From Deltaproteobacteria bacterium GWC2_65_14 (GTDB lineage: Bacteria > Desulfobacterota > Deferrimicrobia > Deferrimicrobiales > Deferrimicrobiaceae), in assembly GCA_001797615.1 (NCBI GenBank), contig MGPV01000029.1, positions 30,583 to 94,582 on the forward strand: a stretch of 64,000 nt of DNA, given 5' to 3'. The position numbers and the translations under genes were made by a program. Every line of letters begins with the position of its first letter. Position 1 is the stretch's first letter. Below are positions 48,836 through 59,614 of the stretch, piece by piece. Under the pieces are notes generated by a model. It searched no databases, was not told the origin of the DNA, and saw nothing but the letters and a program-made list of their open reading frames with translations.

Positions 48836-49614
48836 TCCATCCGACGGCGATCATCGATCCGGAGGCGCAGATCGGCGCCGATGTCCTGGTGGGCCCCTAC
48901 GCGGTGATCGGTCCGAAGGTGACGGTCGGGGACGGGTGCTCGATCGGCGGGCATGCCATGATCGAGTCCCACGTGCGGATCGGAAAGGGGACCCGGATCA
49001 GCTCCCACGCTTCCATCGGGGCGCCTCCCCAGGACCTCAAGTTCCGGGGGGAGGACACCTGGGTCGAGATCGGCGAGGGGTGCACCATCCGGGAGTATGT
49101 CACCGTGAATCGGGGGACCTCGCAGGGAGGTGGGGTGACTCGTGTGGGGAAGGGCGTTCTGCTGATGGCCTATTGCCATGTGGCGCACGACTGCCACCTA
49201 TGGGACCGGGTGATCCTGGCCAACGCCGCCACGCTGGGGGGGCATGTCGAGGTGGGAACCGGCGCCATCATCGGCGGGCTCGTCGGGGTCCACCAGTTCG
49301 TCCGGATCGGCACCTACTCGATCGTCGGTGCCCTTTCCGGGGTCCCGCTCGACATCCCTCCCTATGTCACGGCGGTGGTGGCGCGGGGAGGGAAGGGAAC
49401 GGGGCTTTACGGATTGAACCTCATCGGGCTGAAGCGGAACCGCTTCTCCCCGGAAACGATCGCGGCGCTGAAGAAGGCCTACCGGATCCTGTTCCGGTCG
49501 GGGCTGACGGCGAAGGAGGCGCTGGCAAGGGTGGAGGCCGAGTGCGGGCCCTTCCCGGAGACGAGACACCTCGTGGAATTCATCCGTTCCAGCAAGCGCG
49601 GGATCCAGAGATAG
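48832..49614 (+). CDS. lpxA: Acyl-ACP--UDP-GlcNAc O-acyltransferase
   Basis: IHPTAII, PQDLKF, IREYVTVNRG, HVAHDC, HQFVRIG. Confidence 0.95.
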   Translation: MIHPTAIIDPEAQIGADVLVGPYAVIGPKVTVGDGCSIGGHAMIESHVRIGKGTRISSHASIGAPPQDLKFRGEDTWVEIGEGCTIREYVTVNRGTSQGGGVTRVGKGVLLMAYCHVAHDCHLWDRVILANAATLGGHVEVGTGAIIGGLVGVHQFVRIGTYSIVGALSGVPLDIPPYVTAVVARGGKGTGLYGLNLIGLKRNRFSPETIAALKKAYRILFRSGLTAKEALARVEAECGPFPETRHLVEFIRSSKRGIQR

Positions 49615-49618
49615 AGGG

Positions 49619-50551
49619 ATGATCCGCACGGGAGTCATCGGCGTCGGGTACCTGGGCCGGCTTCACGCCCAGAAGCTGGCCTCGTTCGACGACACCCGGT
49701 TCATCGGGGTGCACGACTCCGACGCGGATCGTGGAGCGGCGGTCGCCGCGGAGTTCGGCACGGAGTCCTTCGCGGATCCGGGCGAGCTGCTCGGGCGGAT
49801 CGACGCGGTCACCATCGCGGTTCCCACCACCTCCCACTACCGGGTCGCCATGCAGGCGATCCGGGGCGGGGTCCACCTGCTTCTCGAAAAACCGATCGCG
49901 GCGAAGGTGCGGGAGGGACGCGCGCTCGTCCGCGAGGCCGCCTCCCGGAAGCTGGTGTTCCAGATCGGCCACCTCGAACGGTTCAACCGCGCCGTGCGGG
50001 ATGCGGCCGCCCTCCTCAAGGAGCCCCGCTTCATCGAGTGCCACCGGCTGGGGCCGTTCGGCGGGCGGGGGACCGACGTGGACGTCGTGCTCGATCTGAT
50101 GATCCACGATCTGGACCTCATCCTCTCCTTCGTCCGCTCCCCCGTCGCCGGAATCCAGGCGGTCGGCGTTCCGGTGATCTCCTCCGCGATCGACATCGCG
50201 AACGTTCGCCTCTCCTTCGCCAACGGGTGCATCGCGAACGTGACCGCAAGCCGCGTCTCGGCGAAGAAGCAGCGCAAGATCCGCATCTTCCAGGAAGATG
50301 CCTACGTGTCCATGGATTTCGTCGAGCAGTCCATCCAGATCTTCCGGAGGAGCTGGCCGCAGGGGCGAGGCGGGCCCGCGGAGATCTCCGGGGAGCTCCT
50401 CGAGACGGAGAAGGGGGATTCCCTCCGGGAGGAGATCCGCTCTTTCCTCGACTGCGTCCGGACGAAAGACTCGCCCCAGGTCACCGGCGGGGACGGTCTG
50501 GCCGCCCTGGAGCTTGCCTTCCGAATCCTCCGGAAGATGAGGAGCCGTTGA
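49619..50551 (+). CDS. gnnA: Gfo/Idh/MocA oxidoreductase, probable UDP-GlcNAc 3-dehydrogenase (GnnA-like)
   Basis: GVIGVGYLG, EKP, GHLERFN, DVVLDLMIHDLD; located between lpxA and lpxB. Confidence 0.65.
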   Translation: MIRTGVIGVGYLGRLHAQKLASFDDTRFIGVHDSDADRGAAVAAEFGTESFADPGELLGRIDAVTIAVPTTSHYRVAMQAIRGGVHLLLEKPIAAKVREGRALVREAASRKLVFQIGHLERFNRAVRDAAALLKEPRFIECHRLGPFGGRGTDVDVVLDLMIHDLDLILSFVRSPVAGIQAVGVPVISSAIDIANVRLSFANGCIANVTASRVSAKKQRKIRIFQEDAYVSMDFVEQSIQIFRRSWPQGRGGPAEISGELLETEKGDSLREEIRSFLDCVRTKDSPQVTGGDGLAALELAFRILRKMRSR

Positions 50552-51702
50552 CCCGCGCGCGAAAGACGCTGTTCCTCGTCTGCGGGGAGCCGTCCGGAGA
50601 GACCTACGCCGTGCGGGTGGTGCGGGAGTTCCGGAAGCGCTTTCCCGGCGCCCCGGTCGAGGGAATCGGCAGCTCCCGACTGGCCTCCGAGGGGGTCCGC
50701 CTCCTGCTCGATTACCGGGGGATCTCCGTGGTCGGGCTGACCGAGGTGATCCGCCACCTCCCGGCGGTCGTCGGGGCGCTCCGCTCCGCCGTGAGGCGGG
50801 CGACGCGGTCCGACGTGGGGGCGGTGCTCCTGGTCGATTTTCCCGAGTTCAACTTCCGGGTGGGAAAGCGGGCACACCGGGCGGGGATCCCGGTGATCTA
50901 CTACATCCCGCCACAGCTGTGGGCGTGGCGGCCGGGAAGGGCCCGGGAGCTGGCGCAATTCACGAGAGGGATCGTCGTGCCGTTTCCCTTCGAGGAGGAG
51001 ATCCTGAGGAGTGCGGGCGCCAATGTCCGGTTCGCCGGGCACCCGATCCTCTGGGAGCTTTCCCCCTACCTGGACGCCGTCCCGGACCGCGACCGGTTCG
51101 GGATCCCCGAGGGAAGGCGGATCGTCGGACTATTGCCCGGAAGCCGGGACGGGGAGATCACCGCGCACCTCCCCGCGATGCTCGGCGCGGCCCGGATCCT
51201 GTTCCGCCGGCATCCGGACCTCCACTTCGCGGTCCCGCTGGCGGTCCCGGCCCTTCGCGGGAGGATCGAGGCCGGGTTGACGGGGAATTCCCTCCCCATG
51301 ACAATAGTGGAGCGGGACAGGTTCCTGCTGTTCCGCGGGATGGCGGCCGCCCTCTCGGCGTCCGGGACGGCGACCCTGGAACTGGCCCTTCTCGGGGTTC
51401 CGCACGTCATCGTGTACCGCACCTCCGCGGTGACCTACCGGATCGGGAAGCGGCTGGCCAGGGTCTCCCGCATCGGGCTGCCGAACATCGTGGCGAAGGA
51501 AACGGTGGTGCCCGAGCTGATCCAGGGCGAGGCGAATCCCGACGCCATGGCGCGGCAGCTGGGGCCGCTGCTCGCGGACGGGGAGCACAGGGAACGGGTC
51601 GTCCGGAGGCTGCGGTCGCTGCGGGAGGCGCTCTCGGGCCCGGGGCCGTCGGAAGCGGTCGTCGACATGCTTGCGGAGGCGGCGGGGGACGCATGGGAAT
51701 GA
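50548..51702 (+). CDS. lpxB: Lipid-A-disaccharide synthase
   Basis: GEPSG, DFPEFN, PPQLWAWR, LPGSR, SGTATLE, LPNIVA; TTG start overlaps the upstream stop. Confidence 0.95.
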   Translation: MTRARKTLFLVCGEPSGETYAVRVVREFRKRFPGAPVEGIGSSRLASEGVRLLLDYRGISVVGLTEVIRHLPAVVGALRSAVRRATRSDVGAVLLVDFPEFNFRVGKRAHRAGIPVIYYIPPQLWAWRPGRARELAQFTRGIVVPFPFEEEILRSAGANVRFAGHPILWELSPYLDAVPDRDRFGIPEGRRIVGLLPGSRDGEITAHLPAMLGAARILFRRHPDLHFAVPLAVPALRGRIEAGLTGNSLPMTIVERDRFLLFRGMAAALSASGTATLELALLGVPHVIVYRTSAVTYRIGKRLARVSRIGLPNIVAKETVVPELIQGEANPDAMARQLGPLLADGEHRERVVRRLRSLREALSGPGPSEAVVDMLAEAAGDAWE

Positions 51703-53459
51703 AAATCTACAGGCGGATGCTCGCGTACGTCCGGCCCTACCTGTCGCGCCTCTTCCTCGCGATGTTCTTCATGATCTTCGTCTCGGCCTTCCACGGCGCC
51801 GTCGCCTTCCTGGTGAAACCGGCGCTGGACGATATCTTCATCAACAAGGACGCCACCCGGCTCGCGATCATCCCGGCGCTGGTCCTGGCCGTCTACCTGC
51901 TCAAGGGAGTCTTCGAGTTCGCCCAGAGCTACCTGATGAACGGGGTCGGGCAGCGGGTGATCCGCGACATCCGGGACCATCTCTACCGGCACATGCAGTC
52001 GCTTTCCCTCGCCTTCTACATGCGGCATCCCACCGGCGTCCTGATGTCCCGCGTGACGAACGACGTCGGGCTCATGCAGGGGGCGGTCACGAACGCGGTC
52101 ACGGGGCTGATCAAGGACACATTCTCCGCCGTCTTTCTCGTCGGGGTGGTGTTCTACCGGGACTGGAAGCTCGCGCTGGTGGCGTTGGTCGCCTTTCCGC
52201 TCGCCTTCTGGCCGATCGCCCGGTTCGGGAGGAAGCTCCGCAAGACGAGCATCCGCACCCAGGAGGTGACCGGGGGACTGGCCTCCCACCTGCAGGAGAC
52301 GATCAGCGGGGCGAAGCTGGTGAAGGCCTTCGGGGCGGAGGAGTTCGAGGTCGACCGGTTCGCCACCCGGAACGCCGACCTCTACCGGCTGAGCATGAAG
52401 GTGGTGAAGGTCCAATCGCTCACCTCCCCCCTCTCGGAGATGTTCGCCGGGATCGGAGCGGCCGCCGTGATCTTCTACGGCGGATACAGCGTAGTGAACG
52501 GTCAGAGCACCCCCGGGAACTTCTTCTCCTTCATGACGGCCCTCTTCATGCTCTACGAGCCGGTCAAGCGGCTCTCCGGGGTGAACAACCTGATTCAGCA
52601 GGGGATCGCCGCGGCTACCCGGGTCTTCGAGGTCCTCGACACCCTTCCCGACGTGCGGGAGAAGAGCGACGCGGTCGAACTGGCGGGCGTCCGCCGGGAG
52701 ATCGCCTTCGAGCAGGTCGACTTCCGCTATTCGGAGGGCGGGCTTCCCATCCTGAAGGAGATCAGCTTCCGGACGGAGGTGGGAAGGACGGTGGCGATCG
52801 TGGGGTCGACCGGAGCCGGCAAGACGACGCTCGTCGACCTGCTTCCCCGGTTCTACGACCCGGCGCACGGGGCGGTCCGGATCGACGGGATCGACCTGCG
52901 GGACATGAGGCTGTCCTCGCTGCGGTCGAAGATCGGGATCGTCGGCCAGCACACGATCCTGTTCAACGACACGATCCGGAACAACATCGCCTACGGGACC
53001 CCCGGCGCGTCCCAGGAGAAGATCGAGGAAGCCGCCCGGAGGGCGAACGCCCACCCCTTCATCTCCAGGTTCCAGGAGGGATACGACACGGTCGTCGGGG
53101 AGCAGGGGTTCAAGCTTTCCGGAGGGGAGCGTCAGCGGGTGGCGATCGCGCGGGCGCTCCTGAAGGACGCCCCCATCCTGATCCTGGACGAGGCCACTTC
53201 GGCGCTGGACACCGAGTCGGAAGGGGTCGTGCAGGAGGCGCTCGAGATGCTGATGCGGGGCCGCACGACCTTCGTGATCGCCCACCGCCTCTCGACGGTC
53301 CGGAACGCGGACGTCATTCTCGTGATCGAGGACGGGAGAATCCTGGAGCAGGGGAACCACCAGGAGCTTCTCTCGCGGGAAAGCCGGTACCGCTCGTTTT
53401 ATCTCAAGCAGTTCGAGGAGAGGAGGTCCGGTGCGGAAGCCGGCCGCGGTCCCGCCTGA
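51699..53459 (+). CDS. msbA: Lipid A export ABC transporter MsbA
   Basis: TM domain, GSTGAGKTT, LSGGERQR, DEATSALD; lies between lpxB and waaA/lpxK. Confidence 0.9.
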   Translation: MKIYRRMLAYVRPYLSRLFLAMFFMIFVSAFHGAVAFLVKPALDDIFINKDATRLAIIPALVLAVYLLKGVFEFAQSYLMNGVGQRVIRDIRDHLYRHMQSLSLAFYMRHPTGVLMSRVTNDVGLMQGAVTNAVTGLIKDTFSAVFLVGVVFYRDWKLALVALVAFPLAFWPIARFGRKLRKTSIRTQEVTGGLASHLQETISGAKLVKAFGAEEFEVDRFATRNADLYRLSMKVVKVQSLTSPLSEMFAGIGAAAVIFYGGYSVVNGQSTPGNFFSFMTALFMLYEPVKRLSGVNNLIQQGIAAATRVFEVLDTLPDVREKSDAVELAGVRREIAFEQVDFRYSEGGLPILKEISFRTEVGRTVAIVGSTGAGKTTLVDLLPRFYDPAHGAVRIDGIDLRDMRLSSLRSKIGIVGQHTILFNDTIRNNIAYGTPGASQEKIEEAARRANAHPFISRFQEGYDTVVGEQGFKLSGGERQRVAIARALLKDAPILILDEATSALDTESEGVVQEALEMLMRGRTTFVIAHRLSTVRNADVILVIEDGRILEQGNHQELLSRESRYRSFYLKQFEERRSGAEAGRGPA

Positions 53460-54798
53460 GGGGAAGCGCGGACGGTTCATCCCCTGGAGCCGGGCGCATT
53501 TCTCGTACAACCTCGGGCTGCGAATCGCCCTCCTGTTGTCGGCGCCCGCATGGATCCCGTGGGTTCTCCTCTCCCGGAAGCGCAGGAAGAATTTCCCGGA
53601 CCGGCTCGGACTCCGGCTCGAACGGATTCCGCCGCCGGCCGGTCGGGAGCGGATCTGGGTCCATGCCGTTTCCGTGGGGGAGACCCTGTCGGCCGTTCCC
53701 CTGCTCCGCGGACTGCGGGAACGCCTTCCGGAGACGGAGATCCTCTTTTCCACCGTCACCCTCACCGGGCAGGAGGTCGCGGAAAAGGCGCTCGGCGGGA
53801 TGACCGACCGGATTTTCTACTTTCCGTTCGACCTGCCGGGGATCTGCGGGAGGTTTCTGGACCGGGTTCGCCCGGACCTGGTCGCGATCCTCGAAACGGA
53901 GATCTGGCCCAACTTCCTCGCGGAGTGCGCGCGGAGGCGGATCCCGGTCGTCCTGCTCAACGGCAGGGTTTCAAAGCGCTCCCTGCGGGGGTATGGGCGG
54001 TTCCGCTCCCTGATGTCCGATGTCCTGTCCTGCATCACCGCGATTTCCGTGCAGACCGAGGAGGATGCGGTCCGCTTGCGGTCGCTCGGGGCCGATCCGG
54101 ACAGGGTGTGGGCCACCGGGAACATGAAGTTCGACCTCTCCCTTCCCCCGCAGGGCGATACCCCCTTTTCCCGCCTGCTCCTCGGGGAAAAGGCGAACGG
54201 TGCCTGCTGGATCGTGGCGGGCTCCACGCACGAAGGGGAGGAGGAGGCGGTGCTGCGGGCATTCGGGAGCGCCCGGAAGGAGAACGGATCGATCCGTCTG
54301 CTGCTCGCCCCCCGTCATCCCGGGAGATTCGGCGCGGTCGAGGAGCTGTGCAGACGGTCCGGGTGGCCGGTGGTCCGGAGAACGAGCATCTCCGGGGACG
54401 GCGGGATCCCCGATGCGCCGGTGGTCCTGATGGACTCGGTCGGGGAGCTCTCGGCGGCCTATGCCGCCGCGGACATCGCCTTCGTGGGGGGCAGCCTCGT
54501 CCCGAAGGGGGGGCACAACATCCTCGAGCCCGCCCTCTTCGGCGTTCCCACGATCGTGGGGCCGCACATGGAGAACTTCCGCGAGATCGCCTCGATCTTC
54601 ACGCGGGGAAACGCCGTGATCACCGTGCGGAACGGGGAGGAGCTTGCCGGAAAGCTCGCGGAATGGGCCGCCGACCCGGCGAAGGCGAGGGCGACGGGGG
54701 ATAGGGCAAAGGCGCTTCTGGGCTCCTTCCGGGGGGCCACCGGGAAGAACGTGGAGATCGTGGCGCGGGAACTGGCCCGTCGAAAGGACGCTCCGTGA
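53431..54798 (+). CDS. waaA: Kdo transferase
   Basis: WVHAVSVGE, ETEIWPN, GNMKFD, AGSTH, PRHP, GGHNILEP. Confidence 0.95.
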   Translation: MRKPAAVPPEGKRGRFIPWSRAHFSYNLGLRIALLLSAPAWIPWVLLSRKRRKNFPDRLGLRLERIPPPAGRERIWVHAVSVGETLSAVPLLRGLRERLPETEILFSTVTLTGQEVAEKALGGMTDRIFYFPFDLPGICGRFLDRVRPDLVAILETEIWPNFLAECARRRIPVVLLNGRVSKRSLRGYGRFRSLMSDVLSCITAISVQTEEDAVRLRSLGADPDRVWATGNMKFDLSLPPQGDTPFSRLLLGEKANGACWIVAGSTHEGEEEAVLRAFGSARKENGSIRLLLAPRHPGRFGAVEELCRRSGWPVVRRTSISGDGGIPDAPVVLMDSVGELSAAYAAADIAFVGGSLVPKGGHNILEPALFGVPTIVGPHMENFREIASIFTRGNAVITVRNGEELAGKLAEWAADPAKARATGDRAKALLGSFRGATGKNVEIVARELARRKDAP

Positions 54799-55784
54799 TC
54801 GGACTCTACGCGCGCGCACGGCGAATGCTCCACCGGTCGGGGGTTTTCCGCGCGAAGCGTCTCCCCAGGCCGGTGATCAGCGTCGGGAACCTCTCCGTCG
54901 GGGGGTCCGGGAAGACCCCCCATGTGCTCTTTCTCGCGAAATGGCTCGCGGGTCTCGGCCTGCGGGTGGCGGTCCTGAGCCGCGGGTATCGGCGAAAGAG
55001 CCGCGGGGTCGTGTGGGTCTCGGACGGCGAGGGTGCGCAGGCATCGGCCGGGGAAGCCGGGGACGAGCCGGCGCTTCTGGCCGCGTCCCTTCCGGGAACG
55101 GCGGTGATCGTCGGGGAATCGCGCTATGAAGCGGGGATGGAATGCCTTCGGAAGCGCGACGCGGACGTCTTTGTGCTCGACGACGGGTTTTCGCATCTCT
55201 CCCTGGAGCGGGATGTCGACATCCTCCTCGTCGACGGGACGATGGGACTGGGGAACGGGAGGACCCTGCCGTTCGGCCCCCTGCGGGAACCCCCGGGGCA
55301 CGCGAGGTTTGCGGACGCCCTCGTGGTCACCCGGTGTGACAGCCCGGACCTCAAGGAACGGGTCCTGTCCGGTCTCCCCTTTCCCGCGGACAGACCGGCG
55401 GCCGCAAGCCGGATGGTGCCCGGGGCGCTGGTCGGAAGAGACGGCGCAGAGGTCCCGGTCCCGGTTGAGGGGGAGGATGTGGCCGCGTTTTCCGGGATCG
55501 CCCGGAACGAGCGGTTCGAAGAGACCCTGAAGACGGCCGGATTCCGCGTGAAGGTCTTCCTTAGATTCGGAGATCATCACTGGTACACACCCCGCGACCT
55601 CGAGCGGATCCGGGCGGAAGCGGGGGGGCTGCCGGTCCTGACCACCGAGAAGGATCTGGTCCGGATTCCGGGACAGGTTCCGTTTCCGGTCCGGGCTCTT
55701 CGGATCGGTGTGGAATTCGTTTCGGGGTGGGAGGATCTCTCGCGCCTCGTACTGGATCGGATCGGGAGGAGTCGGACGGAATGA
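54795..55784 (+). CDS. lpxK: Tetraacyldisaccharide 4'-kinase
   Basis: SVGNLSVGGSGKTP, LSRGY, GDEP, LDDGF, GPLRE, TTEKD. Confidence 0.95.
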   Translation: MIGLYARARRMLHRSGVFRAKRLPRPVISVGNLSVGGSGKTPHVLFLAKWLAGLGLRVAVLSRGYRRKSRGVVWVSDGEGAQASAGEAGDEPALLAASLPGTAVIVGESRYEAGMECLRKRDADVFVLDDGFSHLSLERDVDILLVDGTMGLGNGRTLPFGPLREPPGHARFADALVVTRCDSPDLKERVLSGLPFPADRPAAASRMVPGALVGRDGAEVPVPVEGEDVAAFSGIARNERFEETLKTAGFRVKVFLRFGDHHWYTPRDLERIRAEAGGLPVLTTEKDLVRIPGQVPFPVRALRIGVEFVSGWEDLSRLVLDRIGRSRTE

Positions 55785-56686
55785 GAGAGCGGTTCTACCG
55801 GGCGGCGTTTCGGGTCCTGGAGGCGATTCCCCTGACGATCCGGGCGGTGCTCTTCGAATGCATCATGATGTGCTTCTGGGCGCTGGATGCCAGGCATCGC
55901 CGGATCGCGCGGATCAACCTGCGGATCGCCTTCCCGGAGATGGGGGAGCGGGAGAAGTCGCGGATCATCGTTCTCTGCTACAAGCGGATGGGAACGATGG
56001 CCGCCGAGTTCGTCCACATTCCCCGGATCGACCGGGCATATCTGGAGAAGCATGTCCGGATCGAGGGGGCCGAGCATCTCCCCGCGGCCGCGGAAGAGCG
56101 GGGACTTGGCGCGCTGCTCCTGACCGGCCACTTCGGGAACTGGGAGCTCGCCTGTCATACGTTCGGATTGGCCGTCGCCCCGGTGGCGTTCATCGCCCGC
56201 CCCCTGAAGGACCGGATCCTGGACCGGATCGTGACCGAGCGGCGGGAGCGGAGCGGGAACCGGGCGATCGTGAAATTCGACTCCGCGAAGGAAGTGATGC
56301 GGACGGTCCGCGGGAAGACTTCGGTGGGGATACTGATCGACCAGAACGTCGACACCCACAAGGGAGTCCTCGTCGATCTGTTCACGAAGAAGGCCTACAC
56401 GACCGACGGGATCGCACGGCTCGCCCTTGCCCTGCGGACCCGGATCCATTCCGTGTTCCTGGTTCGCGACCCCGCGAGGAAATTCCACCATATCCTGCGG
56501 ATCGGGCCCGCCCTTCCGGCCGACCCCGGGGCCCCGAGGGAGGAGGAGGTTCTCCGCCTCACCCGGAGGTGCAACGAGGAACTGGAGAAGGCGATCCGGC
56601 GGGATCCCGCGCAATGGTTCTGGCTGCACCGCCGCTGGAAGACGCGGCCGCCGGGCGAGCCGAAGCTGTACGGGGAATCGGGATGA
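55781..56686 (+). CDS. lpxL: Lipid A late acyltransferase (LpxL/HtrB family)
   Basis: GHFGNWE, DQN, PAQWFWLHRRWK. Confidence 0.85.
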   Translation: MRERFYRAAFRVLEAIPLTIRAVLFECIMMCFWALDARHRRIARINLRIAFPEMGEREKSRIIVLCYKRMGTMAAEFVHIPRIDRAYLEKHVRIEGAEHLPAAAEERGLGALLLTGHFGNWELACHTFGLAVAPVAFIARPLKDRILDRIVTERRERSGNRAIVKFDSAKEVMRTVRGKTSVGILIDQNVDTHKGVLVDLFTKKAYTTDGIARLALALRTRIHSVFLVRDPARKFHHILRIGPALPADPGAPREEEVLRLTRRCNEELEKAIRRDPAQWFWLHRRWKTRPPGEPKLYGESG

Positions 56687-57261
56687 AGGGAATCGTCTTC
56701 CTGGACCGGGACGGCACGCTGATCGAGGAGGTCGGGTACCTGGCCGACCCCGCGAGACTGCGGGAAATCCCCGGCGCCTCGGATGCGGTGAAACGGCTCT
56801 CCCGGGCGGGATATGCCGCCGCGGTGGTGTCCAACCAGGCGGGGCTCGCGAAGGGAAAGTTCGGGGAGGAGGAGTTCGAGGCGGTGCACCGCGCGTTCCT
56901 GGAGTTGTTCGCGGCGAACGGGGCGCGCTTCGACGCGGTGGAGTATTGCCCGCACCACGCGGACGGAATGGTGGCCCGGTACCGCGCATCCTGCGCCTGC
57001 AGGAAACCGGGGACCGCCATGGCGGACAGGATCCTGCTCCGGCTCGGCCTGCCGCCCTCGTGTACCCGCTTCGCGGTCGGTGATAAAATGAGCGACATGA
57101 TCATGGGAAAGCGGCTCGGCGCCAGGACGATCCTCGTGGCCACCGGATACGGGGAGGAGGAACGAAACGCCGGGGAGCGGGACGGGACCCGTCCGGATGT
57201 CTACGTTCCGGGGATCCGGGAGGCCGTGGACTGGATTCTCGGTCAGGGGGGTGAAGGGTGA
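56683..57261 (+). CDS. gmhB: D-glycero-D-manno-heptose 1,7-bisphosphate phosphatase
   Basis: FLDRDGTL, SNQAG, CPHH...CACRKP, VGDK. Confidence 0.9.
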   Translation: MKGIVFLDRDGTLIEEVGYLADPARLREIPGASDAVKRLSRAGYAAAVVSNQAGLAKGKFGEEEFEAVHRAFLELFAANGARFDAVEYCPHHADGMVARYRASCACRKPGTAMADRILLRLGLPPSCTRFAVGDKMSDMIMGKRLGARTILVATGYGEEERNAGERDGTRPDVYVPGIREAVDWILGQGGEG

Positions 57262-58388
57262 GGGATCTTCGCCTCTCTTTCCTTCCGGTCCTCCTGATCG
57301 GAGCCCTTTTCCTCTGGGGACCGGGATGCTTCCGGTCCGCCTACAGGCCGCCGGAGGCGGCTCCCCGGGAGGACGCGCAAAGGACCGCGGAAGCTCCCGT
57401 GCCGGAATCTCCTCCCGAGATGGAAGAGGCGGGGCAGATCCCCCGGCCGGTGCCCGGGCCGGTCGCGGATGGACCGGAAGTTCCGGGGGAGGAGATCCCC
57501 GCCGGGGACGCGGTGGGGTCCTCGCGGATTCCGTCGGAGGTTGCGCCGGAAGAACATGCCGCGGGTCCTGCCCCCGGCAGCGGGACGGAGGCGTCGAGGA
57601 GGGACCCCGTCCATCCGCCACCGCCGGCGGGAAAGACGCAGGGGACCCGGGAGGAGGGGACCCCGGCGCCCGTTTCCACCGAGCGGTACCTGGCTTCGCC
57701 GGAAGGGCCCCCGTGGGTGAAAGAAAGGGAGGAGCTGGTATACCGGGTGGAGTTCCTGGGGCTCACGATGGGGTATGCCCGGTTCTCCCTCCGCGGGAAG
57801 ATGCTGCTGGAGGGGAAGGAGGTCTACCACCTGAGCGTGAGGGCCTGGACCTCGGACCTTCTGTCCATGGTCTACCCGATGAACGACACGATCGAGTACT
57901 ACCTGGACGTGGAGACTCTCGCTCCGGTCCGGCAGGAGCACACCAAGAGCCGGAAGCAGGACGACATCGCCTATTTCGACCAGGATGCGGGGACGATCGT
58001 CTACCGGTACAAGGAAACGGGAAAGGTGCGGAAACGGGTGGAAGCGCTCCCCCTGGTCTACGACCCCGTGTCGGTGGCCTACTATTTCCGGTCGAGGCCC
58101 CTGGCGGAGGAGGAGCCGTCCCGCCACATGTACGCGGGCAGGAAACTCTGGGAGGTCTCGGCGAAGCCGGTGGGGTACGAAAGGATCCGGACAGACCGGG
58201 GAGAATTCGACACGGTGATGATCCGTCCGGTCCTCCGGAGGAACGGGAACCTCGAGGACAAGGGCGATCTCCGCATCTGGATGACGCGGGACGAGCGGCA
58301 TCTCCCCGTCCGCGTCTATGCCAAGTTCAAGAAAATCCGGATCTGGACGCTGCTGGGAGAGCTGCTCCCGGACCGGCAGGGAGGTTGA
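57258..58388 (+). CDS. DUF3108-like exported protein with Pro-rich linker
   Basis: Hydrophobic signal ending in Cys, Pro/Ala-rich spacer, then EELVYRV...[10 protein letters not shown]...[13 protein letters not shown] pattern. Confidence 0.7.
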   Translation: MRDLRLSFLPVLLIGALFLWGPGCFRSAYRPPEAAPREDAQRTAEAPVPESPPEMEEAGQIPRPVPGPVADGPEVPGEEIPAGDAVGSSRIPSEVAPEEHAAGPAPGSGTEASRRDPVHPPPPAGKTQGTREEGTPAPVSTERYLASPEGPPWVKEREELVYRVEFLGLTMGYARFSLRGKMLLEGKEVYHLSVRAWTSDLLSMVYPMNDTIEYYLDVETLAPVRQEHTKSRKQDDIAYFDQDAGTIVYRYKETGKVRKRVEALPLVYDPVSVAYYFRSRPLAEEEPSRHMYAGRKLWEVSAKPVGYERIRTDRGEFDTVMIRPVLRRNGNLEDKGDLRIWMTRDERHLPVRVYAKFKKIRIWTLLGELLPDRQGG

Positions 58389-58389
58389 C

Positions 58390-58554
58390 ATGGACCAGGA
58401 ACTTCTCGAGATCGTGGCCTGCCCGAAGTGCAAGGGATCGCTCCTGCTGACCGCGGACGAAACCGAGCTGCGGTGCGAGCTGTGCAGGCTCATCTACCGG
58501 ATCGACGACGGGATCCCGATTCTCCTGCTGGAGGAGGCTTCCCCGTATGAGTGA
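58390..58554 (+). CDS. ycaR: Trm112/YcaR family protein
   Basis: [14 protein letters not shown]...C..C...[19 protein letters not shown]. Confidence 0.88.
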   Translation: MDQELLEIVACPKCKGSLLLTADETELRCELCRLIYRIDDGIPILLLEEASPYE

Positions 58555-59614
58555 TCCGGGGTTTTTCGGGAGAGCCTTTGCCCTGATCGATCGCTTACCG
58601 TCCTGCCGGATCCTGGTGATCGGGGATATCATGCTGGACGAGTATGTCTGGGGAAGCGTCCGGAGGATCTCCCCCGAGGCGCCGGTTCCCGTCGTCGCCG
58701 TTTCGCGGGAGACGAAGTCGGTCGGCGGCGCGGCGAATGTCGCGCTGAACATCGCCGGTCTGCGCGCCGGGGTCGAGGTCGCCGGCCTGGTGGGGAACGA
58801 CCCCCCGGGCAGGGAGGTCGCCCGGCTCCTCCGGAAGAGCCGGATCGGGCTGTCCGGCCTCATCCGCGACGGAAAGCGCCCGACGACCGTGAAGACCCGC
58901 GTCATCGCGCACAACCAGCAGGTGGTCCGGGTCGATCGGGAGGGAAGCGAATCGCCGTCGGACGGAGCGAGGAGCGCGCTGCATGCGGCCGTCCGGAAGA
59001 GGGTTCGGGACTGCGACGGGATCGTGCTCTCGGACTACCGGAAAGGAGCGCTCTCCCGGGAGCTCGTGGCGGAAGTCGTGGAAACGGCACGGCGGCGTGG
59101 GATCTTCGTCGCGGTGGACCCGAAGCAGCCCGATTTCTCCTATTACCGGGGATGCACGATGATCACCCCGAACCGGTCGGAAGCGGAGGCCGCGCTAGGA
59201 GGAAAGGAGCTCCCGGGCGACCTGGAGCTCGGGGAAGGGGGAAAGGCGCTGTTGCGCTGCTGCGGGGCGAAGGCGGTCCTGATCACCCGGGGGGAGCAGG
59301 GGATGACCCTCGTCGAGCGAGGGAGCCGGACGGTTTTCCACATCCCCGCGAACGCGCGGCAGGTCTACGACGTGACGGGGGCCGGCGACACGGTGATCGG
59401 GACCTTTGCCGCGGGAGTGGGGGCGGGTGCCTCGATCCGGGACGCGGCCCTGCTGGCGAACGTGGCGGCGGGCGTGGTCGTGGGAGAGGTCGGGACGGTG
59501 CAGATCACGGCGGAGAAACTGGTTCGGGCTCTCCAGGCCCGGGAGCGGGAGCGCGACGCGGCCCTGGAGCGGCCGGCGGGGCGCGCCGGACGGCGGACGA
59601 CTCCACCCCGATGA
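58547..59614 (+). CDS. rfaE1: D-glycero-beta-D-manno-heptose-7-phosphate kinase (stand-alone HldA/RfaE1)
   Basis: [33 protein letters not shown]; no adenylyltransferase domain. Confidence 0.92.
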   Translation: MSDPGFFGRAFALIDRLPSCRILVIGDIMLDEYVWGSVRRISPEAPVPVVAVSRETKSVGGAANVALNIAGLRAGVEVAGLVGNDPPGREVARLLRKSRIGLSGLIRDGKRPTTVKTRVIAHNQQVVRVDREGSESPSDGARSALHAAVRKRVRDCDGIVLSDYRKGALSRELVAEVVETARRRGIFVAVDPKQPDFSYYRGCTMITPNRSEAEAALGGKELPGDLELGEGGKALLRCCGAKAVLITRGEQGMTLVERGSRTVFHIPANARQVYDVTGAGDTVIGTFAAGVGAGASIRDAALLANVAAGVVVGEVGTVQITAEKLVRALQARERERDAALERPAGRAGRRTTPPR

